Assembly: GCA_046293555.1 (NCBI GenBank)
Contig: JBKBOT010000010.1
Span: forward strand, 1-33,279
Direction: 5' to 3'
DNA from: Pyrobaculum sp.
GTDB lineage: Archaea; Thermoproteota; Thermoprotei; Thermoproteales; Thermoproteaceae
Length of the DNA stretch: 33,279 bases
The notes beneath the pieces were generated by a model. It did not search any database and had not been told where the DNA came from. It was given only the letters and a program-made list of their open reading frames with translations. A program made the position numbers and the translations under genes. Positions 1-6,510 of the stretch are shown here, in pieces (positions within the stretch are counted from its first letter, which is position 1; every line of letters starts with the position of its first letter).

Positions 1-545
1 AACAAGACTTGCGGAAATTCTCGCGTCTTCTCCAGCGCTATACGTATCGCCACTATGAACAACGCCAGAGTTAAAGAGAGGGCTGACAACAATGGCGCTG
101 TCGGCAATATGGCCAACGCAACTACGGCAGCTGCCACAGAGAAGAGAGACGCAAGGCGGCTGTCTATAGACGCCATAGCCATGGATAACAACACCACATA
201 CGCCGCCAACACGGGGAATAGGGCTGGCGGGGCTACATGGTACAGAGAATATGTAGTCAAAAACATCACGGGAATCAGAGATACCAAATTTACCAGAGTG
301 AGATAAAGCCGCGATACGTCAGAAAGGGGGAGGTGGCGCAGTGTCAAGACTTTAGAAACATCTCCAATAGAGATAGCTAAAAGGGCAAATAAGATGTAGT
401 ACACATAGATAGAAAACACCAATTCAGAAAGTACATCGACGCCAAAACTCTGAAGCCACCCCACGCCGACAAGAGGCAACATCATAAAGGCGTAGACGGA
501 CGAGCCTATAATAACAAACAAATATAGCGAAGTTCTAAATAACAT
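1..545 (-). CDS. Polytopic membrane protein, 3' end beyond the window (possible export permease or immunity protein)
   Basis: Not in the ORF track. Translated by hand from ATG 545: MLFRTSLYLFVIIGSSVYAFMMLPLVGVGWLQSFGVDVLSELVFSIYVYYILFALLAISIG...LALFIVAIRIALEKTREFPQVL. The frame is open to position 1 and has about 6 hydrophobic segments. TTTATAT box at 572-566. Confidence 0.8.
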   Translation of the reverse strand, partial: MLFRTSLYLFVIIGSSVYAFMMLPLVGVGWLQSFGVDVLSELVFSIYVYYILFALLAISIGDVSKVLTLRHLPLSDVSRLYLTLVNLVSLIPVMFLTTYSLYHVAPPALFPVLAAYVVLLSMAMASIDSRLASLFSVAAAVVALAILPTAPLLSALSLTLALFIVAIRIALEKTREFPQVL

Positions 546-591
546 ATTGATATAAATATATAGAAATATAAATACTCTATACAAAGAACCT

Positions 592-598
592 AAAAAAA
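592..598 (-). terminator. Oligo-T tract, candidate archaeal terminator for the 611-1036 gene
   Basis: T7 on the minus strand 13 nt after the stop at 611. Confidence 0.45.
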
Positions 599-610
599 CA
601 TTATCAAGAT

Positions 611-1036
611 TTATTTTGCACACGAACAATATATTGTTGTTGAGGGTGGTGTGTAGTTAAAGCTAACACCACAGCCTTCCATTGAGGCTCCTGCTGAAGA
701 ACAAGCAATAACGCATATTCCACACGCCGCTGCATATGTAAGAATAGAGCCGACAATTATTATTACGATGACAAACACTATGCCGTATAGGTATATCTTT
801 CTTCTAGGCGTCTTAAACGCCTTCTCTATCCCAAACGTGGAGCCAGCTGCTATTGCTACCGCAGCCATTAGGAGGGTCGGCGTGTTTCCATAAATTACAT
901 TATCTACTTTCTGTACAAAAAAGTTTGACCCAGGCACGCCGAGGATGTAGGCAAATGTGGCCAACTGCCACAGCGCTATAAACGTTAGAAAGGTAAGCGC
1001 CGCCACTCCCCCGGCGTCTATTAACTTTTGAATCAT
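611..1036 (-). CDS. Membrane protein with C-terminal 6-Cys peptide; putative secreted peptide precursor
   Basis: 141 aa with three hydrophobic segments. The last is preceded by KTPRRK and followed by YAAA, then C-x2-C-x3-C-x9-C-x14-C-x-C. BRE/TATA-like GCGAAATATTTATTAA upstream. The ORF is well supported; the function is inferred. Confidence 0.75.
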   Translation of the reverse strand: MIQKLIDAGGVAALTFLTFIALWQLATFAYILGVPGSNFFVQKVDNVIYGNTPTLLMAAVAIAAGSTFGIEKAFKTPRRKIYLYGIVFVIVIIIVGSILTYAAACGICVIACSSAGASMEGCGVSFNYTPPSTTIYCSCAK

Positions 1037-1083
1037 GGGGTGTTTTTTTTACTTAATAAATATTTCGCTATTATGAGGGGATC

Positions 1084-1147
1084 TTGTGGGCATACCGCCA
1101 TGTTGGCTAGCATCTTCTAGCCAACGCCTTTAGATAGTCACCCACAA
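1084..1147. repeat. Nested inverted repeat (long hairpin)
   Basis: GTTGGCTAG (1102-1110) and CTAGCCAAC (1117-1125) form a perfect 9-bp stem. It is enclosed by TTGTGGG (1084-1090) and CCCACAA (1141-1147). Confidence 0.6.
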
Positions 1148-1302
1148 AACTAGAAAAACTGCGCCGAGAACTCCTCCGAGGCAGAGGTCTACGCCGTTGT
1201 TACCTGTATGGCAGCCCGAAGTTTGCCGTATGTCGTTGTTGTAATAACTGCGACGTATGTGTGTCTTGCCATGTGGTTACGGGAGAAGTGGGGGCTGTCT
1301 TG

Positions 1303-1764
1303 TCAACACTGTTTTTCACATATCTTTACGCCTAGCGCGCCTAGAATGTCGAAGGGTAGTGTGGCTACGTGGGCCAGGAATGGGATTGCTGGGAGCGGGT
1401 CGTAGTGCCATATCGCCATGCCTGTAAAGAAGGGGGCTAGTGGGCCCGCTAGTGCCGATGTTATTGCTCTTACCCCATCTGTCTCCGCCTCTATTCTGAT
1501 CAAACCGCTTTCGTTTATAATCACCACATCTGTATCTAGTATAACGAAGTGTGTAAATTCATGTAACACAATGCTAGCCACAAGAGAGACTGCAGATAGG
1601 AGTAACAGCGGCGTGAGTGTGGGCAATATTAATAACGTCGCCAGCGACGCCGCCGCAAGGGTCAGTACCGTTAATTTAACGAGTCTATTCGATATGACAA
1701 TCGACGCGGCTAGCGTTATGAATTTCATATAGCCTCTTTTCTCCACAACAGCGACCTCAGCCAC
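1303..1764 (-). CDS. Small membrane zinc metalloprotease, M50/site-2-protease-like
   Basis: HEFTH (HEXXH) at the end of a TM helix, downstream ALAGP motif, and TLPFD as a candidate third-ligand motif. TTTTAAAT box at 1791-1784. Confidence 0.7.
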   Translation of the reverse strand: MAEVAVVEKRGYMKFITLAASIVISNRLVKLTVLTLAAASLATLLILPTLTPLLLLSAVSLVASIVLHEFTHFVILDTDVVIINESGLIRIEAETDGVRAITSALAGPLAPFFTGMAIWHYDPLPAIPFLAHVATLPFDILGALGVKICEKQC

Positions 1765-1892
1765 GAGGCGATATGTGTAATAGATTTAAAAGTCACGGAG
1801 ACTGAAGTCATGTCTGGCCTCCTGCTGTAAACCCGCCAGGCGAGAATATGTCAAATTTATATATTTGTCAAGAGGTTTTCAAGGGCGCCAAG

Positions 1893-2154
1893 GTGGTGAC
1901 TGTGCCTACTATCCGCCCTAGCGCTCAAGCCTCCTGGAGCTAAAGAGCAGCCAAGCCGCCTGAGCCTATGGGGGGTGTCGCCGTTGAGAGGCTTTTTGGA
2001 GGCAGAGGGAGCCGATGCCGGCTTAATAAAGGTGATGAGTAGATTGACACTGTTAATGCTAGACGCCGCTCATCACAGGGCATCAGGACATGCGGACAGG
2101 TATGAACACATTCCTGAATGGGCAGAGGTATCTAAAGTCGGGGCTAAACTCTAG
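1893..2154 (+). pseudogene. Probable degraded small DNA-binding regulator or antitoxin-like gene
   Basis: TTTATATA at 1856-1863, then GTG. Joining frames gives TIRP..LLELKSSQAA*AYG..VERLLEAEG..., reminiscent of archaeal RHH-type antitoxins. Needs several frameshifts (including G6 and T5 runs) and one stop. Confidence 0.3.
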
Positions 2155-2195
2155 CCGCAGAGCAAAAGGTAAAAGGCTTGTTTTTATTATCTATA

Positions 2196-2657
2196 ATGGG
2201 TTATATATATGGCGTACTTCCGCCGATGCCGCCTCTGAGGCCTTTTGTTGGGGTAAGGCCGGTTAAGCCACATATAACTTTGGTGAAAGTTGGGAGGCCT
2301 GTTAAGGTGGAGATTCGCTATAGGCAGTTTGTGGCTCTGGTGGGTCCGCCGGTCTTGTTGCCCAGCGAGGCAAGGCCCCGCTATATTGCGTTGAGAGTTG
2401 AGCCTCATGGCGAGTTCGCGGCGTTGAGGACTCTGCTGGCTTCTGCACTTGGGGGTTTGGTAGAGGAGAGATATCGGGACTTTAGGCCCCACATTACTGT
2501 ATATGAGGTGCGTATAAAACGTCCAACAGCTGGCGACATAGCCCCCGCGGTAGAGGAGATAGAGAGATTTGTGGGGACTGCATTTGAGGTGAAGGCTCTA
2601 TATCTCATAGATACTACAGGCGGCGTGTATAGTCCCATCTACACAATACAGCTGTAG
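2196..2657 (+). CDS. 2H phosphoesterase (2'-5' RNA ligase / RNA 2',3'-cyclic phosphodiesterase family)
   Basis: Two HxT motifs (PHITL, PHITV). ATG 2196 preferred over TTG 2178. Confidence 0.85.
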   Translation: MGYIYGVLPPMPPLRPFVGVRPVKPHITLVKVGRPVKVEIRYRQFVALVGPPVLLPSEARPRYIALRVEPHGEFAALRTLLASALGGLVEERYRDFRPHITVYEVRIKRPTAGDIAPAVEEIERFVGTAFEVKALYLIDTTGGVYSPIYTIQL

Positions 2658-2669
2658 CCACGTTGAGGG

Positions 2670-3299
2670 TTAAAAAGCTAGCTTATTGACGTAATAGAGG
2701 TATTCAGGCTTGTAGTTAGCTATGTCTATGTTTAGGTGGTGGTCGTCAGACACAAGGGTCACAAATCTTCCCCCATGTCTCTGCGCCTCGCAGATCGCCC
2801 CCTCAATTGCTCTACTTACATCATCTGGCGAGACGGCCCACATGTAGTCTATGTTGAAATTCCATCTGTTGAGATATGCCACGTAGGTTGGGTTCTCTAC
2901 GCCAGAAGACAACACGATGTGGTCTGGCCCCGGCGGTGGGTGTCCCTTCACGGAGGCGAGATGTATCCCCGTGGCGCAAGGCCTCGCCGTTGAGTATATA
3001 TAGACAAAGCCCCTGAGTTGGTAAAGCTCTTTTTCAAGCTGCTGGGGGGTGATCAGGATCTTCACGCCGCGCATAGACGTCAGGAAGTCTAGTTTTTTTA
3101 CACGTCTGAGTATTACTATGTAGGCCTCTTCGAGTCTCGGCTTTTCTACAGACCACCTGGCCTTTAAGACACAGCCGTCTACAAGTTTGTATAGTGGTAA
3201 CAACTCTACCACCGGCTTGGCCCAAAAAAGCTTGAGGCGGCCTAGGTGTCTGTACCAAGTGATGAATTCATCTGGGTGGAACGGCTCTAGGCAGGTCAT
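2670..3299 (-). CDS. Hypothetical protein (weak GNAT-like character)
   Basis: 209-aa ORF, start overlaps the stop of the upstream gene (TAATG). Confidence 0.7.
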   Translation of the reverse strand: MTCLEPFHPDEFITWYRHLGRLKLFWAKPVVELLPLYKLVDGCVLKARWSVEKPRLEEAYIVILRRVKKLDFLTSMRGVKILITPQQLEKELYQLRGFVYIYSTARPCATGIHLASVKGHPPPGPDHIVLSSGVENPTYVAYLNRWNFNIDYMWAVSPDDVSRAIEGAICEAQRHGGRFVTLVSDDHHLNIDIANYKPEYLYYVNKLAF

Positions 3300-3661
3300 T
3301 AAGCGAGGAGGGAGTTCCTACGTGTTATCAACTTTTCTAGTTCTGTCAACACAGGTAGGAGAGCAGCATAGTTCTTGTTGGCAAGTAGTGTTAGTAATGT
3401 GTTAAGCTTGTCGAAAATCGCGGCGTCTATCTGTTCGATGTCTTTTTTCGAATGGGGCTTCCCCTCTGCCGACTTTACCTTAACTGTGATCATGTTTACC
3501 GCCTTTAACGCCCTGCCGAGCTCCTCAACGTTATCTATATTGAGCATACGTTTACGTATTTCTGTCTCAATTTCCTTTAGGCCTTTATATATCAGCTGCC
3601 GGATTTTAGGCTCGTCTTCCACAGTCTTATAGCCTGGATATATAAAGAAGCGGGGCGCCAC
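3299..3661 (-). CDS. Hypothetical, largely helical protein
   Basis: 120-aa ORF, Lys/Glu/Leu-rich. GTG start 20 nt from TTTAAA at 3681-3686. Confidence 0.75.
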   Translation of the reverse strand: MAPRFFIYPGYKTVEDEPKIRQLIYKGLKEIETEIRKRMLNIDNVEELGRALKAVNMITVKVKSAEGKPHSKKDIEQIDAAIFDKLNTLLTLLANKNYAALLPVLTELEKLITRRNSLLA

Positions 3662-3680
3662 ATTGAGGTACTGAGGTCAC

Positions 3681-3686
3681 TTTAAA
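3681..3686. promoter_or_regulatory. Palindromic TATA box, candidate bidirectional promoter
   Basis: TTTAAA lies about 20 nt from both divergent start codons (3661 and 3707). Confidence 0.55.
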
Positions 3687-3706
3687 TATCTTTCTTATAC
3701 AAAGGC

Positions 3707-4330
3707 GTGTTGGGGTGGGTCGACCATTTTGATTACTACGGCCCTCTTGTGGACGCCAGGCTGCTAGAAGTTCCAGAATACCTAGTTTCTTCTCTCATAA
3801 TTACCCAATCTGAAGAGGGGTTTAGACACGCGGTGGAGGGGTGGAAAAAATTTGGGACACGTCACGTGGTTGAGGCAGTGTATTCCTATATCCTACAGAC
3901 ACAGCGCGGGCTATTAGACAGGCAGACCCTGTTGTACAAAATTCTCGAAGTTCTTCCAAAAGCCGGAGAGCTGGACATCTTGGCTTTACAACGTGCGTTA
4001 AAACTAGGCCTCGGCGTAACTACATGTGACTTAGGCGTTGTGATACTAGCCTACGTGCCGTTGCCAAACTCCCCACAGCCCCCAAGGCCTGTGGGAACAA
4101 TTTACGAAATTAGACAACACTCCACTATATATATAGCGCGAAATAACCAAGGGCCCCCGGTCTACGATTTTGAAACTATGTGTGTTCTACCTATGGGCGG
4201 CAGGGAGCCATTCCACCCACTTTACAAGGCCTACATGGAGGGGTATAAAATCCTCACGGAAAAAATCCCCACAGAAAGAGATCTCTGCGTTGTACACAAA
4301 AAACTAAATCTCCGGTGTGTATATCTATAA
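3707..4330 (+). CDS. Hypothetical protein
   Basis: 207-aa ORF with protein-like composition and no competing long ORF. Confidence 0.75.
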   Translation: MLGWVDHFDYYGPLVDARLLEVPEYLVSSLIITQSEEGFRHAVEGWKKFGTRHVVEAVYSYILQTQRGLLDRQTLLYKILEVLPKAGELDILALQRALKLGLGVTTCDLGVVILAYVPLPNSPQPPRPVGTIYEIRQHSTIYIARNNQGPPVYDFETMCVLPMGGREPFHPLYKAYMEGYKILTEKIPTERDLCVVHKKLNLRCVYL

Positions 4331-4351
4331 AATAAGTTAACAATCATACTC

Positions 4352-4576
4352 ATGGCACGCTATGTTTCTAGAGTCAGATGTCCCATATGTGGGGTAGAGT
4401 TCCCGCTCACACGTAACGAGGGAGGGGCAGAGGTGATATGTCCCAATGGACACGTTTTTTATATAGATCACGTTATGGATTGTGAGGGACTGGGAATAGA
4501 TTTGCCTTACTTCCATAAACTACGCAACAGACAATTCTGGAGGTTATTCAAAGTGGGAAAATCCCCAATGAACTGA
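4352..4576 (+). CDS. Small zinc-ribbon protein
   Basis: CPICG...CPNGH knuckles, 74 aa. Confidence 0.75.
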   Translation: MARYVSRVRCPICGVEFPLTRNEGGAEVICPNGHVFYIDHVMDCEGLGIDLPYFHKLRNRQFWRLFKVGKSPMN

Positions 4577-4642
4577 CTGTACTTATGAGAAGACTAAAAG
4601 AGGCCGGCATTGTGGTTTGTACATAAGATTTATAGAAGATAA

Positions 4643-5548
4643 ATGTACTTAAGATACCACAAGCCCTTTATCGAGGCAGGCGGCGGCGTTAAAGAGGTTG
4701 GCGTTGAGTGTATGGTATGCCGTAAAGTGGTGGGAAGAGATACTTCGGGAGTTGGGACTTCACCCTATTAGAGAAATTCGCCAGGGCGCTTTTTATATCT
4801 CTTAGACTCCGGGGTTTTGTGAAAGAAGATGGACAAATTAAAAAAGGCCGAACAGACCTGAGTTGCCTACTAATAGTTATGCCGTGGAGTTTGTAGAGCT
4901 CCACGAGTCTTTCAATAGGAGCAGTAAATGTGGCTACCAACAAGGTCGACGAAAATATTCTCGCCATACTATACTCCACAATGTTAAGCCAAGGCTGGTA
5001 TAGAATATTACGACATACCTTCTTAGATTTGGTAAACATACGGGGCTATCAGACAATTTTTGAGCCAATTATTAAGGAGGGACAGTTGGCTATGGCCGTA
5101 CTGGAGATACACAAGCCGAGGCGATACATAGGGTTTGACTAACCGTCAGGACAACATTGAGTTGGCGGCATCTTAACGTAAGGCCAGGGACATGTGATGG
5201 AGAGATATGTATCTTTCATGCTGTCTCAACATGTGATGTTATTAAACTCGTCAAGAGGTCCAGAAGGAGTTGAGGCAGTTCATTTCACACCCTATACTGG
5301 CTGCTTGACCCAGTAAAAGAGCTCCGGTGTGCGGCCTCCTTGTTAACTCCTGGCGGCAGAGTGCTTATAGGCCAACAGTTGTGGAATCCACACCAGGTCT
5401 TATGGCCATGGTTTCCGCTATGGGGGCAAAACATGTCTTTAGCTGGAAAGGGGTTGAGCAAATAGCTAAAGCCGCCGGTGTTGAGCTCGAAAGGCGTTAT
5501 TTAAGATTCGCCCAGTATTACATCGCGATTTGGAGACGGCAGACTTAG
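4643..5548 (+). pseudogene. Frameshifted class I SAM-dependent methyltransferase-like gene
   Basis: Successive frames give QAAALKRLALSVWYAVKWWEEILRELG / LEKFARALFISLRLRGFV / RPELPTNSYAVEFVELHESF / VNVATNKVDEN...TIFEPIIKEGQLA...YIGFD / RQDNIELAAS / YWLLDPVKEL / LTPGGRVLIG / VVESTPGLM...YYIAIWRRQT*. Track ORFs 4930-5142 and 5327-5548 are fragments of it. The 5' boundary is approximate. Confidence 0.7.
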
Positions 5549-6188
5549 CCACATATATATAAACTGCGCCAAGTCCCCTTTCCCTAAATATAAGGTGGCT
5601 TGTATATCTCTCTATGATTTTTTTAGTAACAGAGTTTATGGGTATCGACTTTATTATATCGTATATCTTTCTATATTCCATAGATGTGTCTCTAGAAGTT
5701 ACAAGACGTACAAGTGTTGGAACTACATACTTCACATATATATAGAGTAATCCTCTGAGAATTTTGTTGTCAGGCTTGCCTATAGAGACCACCACGTGGT
5801 AACTCGCCACTCTACTGAATTCACCCACTGCCCTCTCTATGTCTACTGCAGCATGTAGGGAATATCCGGCACACACCACGTCAAAACTCTGTGACCTAAA
5901 GGGCATTTGTTCAAAAACCCCCACAACTTTGTCATCTGCATTGCCGTTTGTTTTTAACATCTCTGGAGTGAGGTCTAGAGCCACCACATATTTTATGTCG
6001 CCAAAATGTCTGGCCATATTTCCAGGGCCCGCGCCTGCATCTAAGATCTTGAGGGGGGTATGTAGGTAGAGAAGCCCTACAGCCTCTCTTCTCCACCTAT
6101 CTACATGCCCCCACGTGATGAGAAAATTCGCCACCTCGTATCTCTTAACAATTTTTCTATAGGTCTCACGTAGTGTTTCCCACTTCAT
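5466..6188 (-). CDS. UbiE/MenG-like class I SAM-dependent methyltransferase
   Basis: RYEVANFLITWGHVDRWRR N-terminus, ILDAGAGPG motif I, EQMPFRSQSFDVV. The likely start is ATG 6188 (ATGA-type overlap with the upstream stop), not 6353. Confidence 0.85.
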   Translation of the reverse strand: MKWETLRETYRKIVKRYEVANFLITWGHVDRWRREAVGLLYLHTPLKILDAGAGPGNMARHFGDIKYVVALDLTPEMLKTNGNADDKVVGVFEQMPFRSQSFDVVCAGYSLHAAVDIERAVGEFSRVASYHVVVSIGKPDNKILRGLLYIYVKYVVPTLVRLVTSRDTSMEYRKIYDIIKSIPINSVTKKIIERYTSHLIFRERGLGAVYIYVAKSAVSKSRCNTGRILNNAFRAQHRRL

Positions 6189-6508
6189 AGATAGATGTAG
6201 AGAATCCACGTGATAAACAAAAGGCCCACAAGCCAAAGCCACGAGGCCTCTATACCCATGCGGGAAAGCCATAGGTAAAAACCGGCGACGCCATGTATAG
6301 TTGCGGTAATTATGGTGGCGATAGCTACCCAGCCTAAGTGCAGGCGGGAACATACAGCGTAGGAGCTAAAAACTCCAAGTGACGCCTTCTCTACGGCCTC
6401 CGGCTTTACTAGACATAAGCCTGAAACTGCCGTGAGGATCCCCAATAGCGTCAAAACTACTGATGTAACGTCAAGTATGAAAACACTTATAGCGACAGTC
6501 CGAGACAC
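6185..6508 (-). CDS. Small 3-TM membrane protein with two His (cytochrome b-like)
   Basis: Three hydrophobic helices; RLHLG and TIHG place His at each end of one helix. GTG 6508 preferred to avoid overlap with the divergent gene. Confidence 0.6.
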   Translation of the reverse strand: MSRTVAISVFILDVTSVVLTLLGILTAVSGLCLVKPEAVEKASLGVFSSYAVCSRLHLGWVAIATIITATIHGVAGFYLWLSRMGIEASWLWLVGLLFITWILYIYL

Positions 6509-6510
6509 AC

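Noticed and set aside
55-306. Plus-strand 83-aa ORF
   Set aside because: Antisense shadow of the longer membrane-protein frame 545 to 1.
2032-2076. GTGATGA as the C box of a second C/D sRNA
   Set aside because: No CTGA D box at suitable spacing on either strand.
1880-2100. Short-type RNase P RNA or SRP RNA in the intergenic region
   Set aside because: Conserved P4 sequences and the SRP helix 8 motif were not found.
4689-5039. Minus-strand 116-aa ORF
   Set aside because: Antisense to the methyltransferase pseudogene fragments, with no motif.
5190-5238. 10-bp direct repeat ACATGTGATG
   Set aside because: Only two copies inside a pseudogene; no CRISPR periodicity or mobile-element ends.
6189-6353. 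55-aa N-terminal extension of the UbiE-like ORF in the track
   Set aside because: Overlaps the upstream membrane gene out of frame; ATG 6188 gives a normal coupled start.
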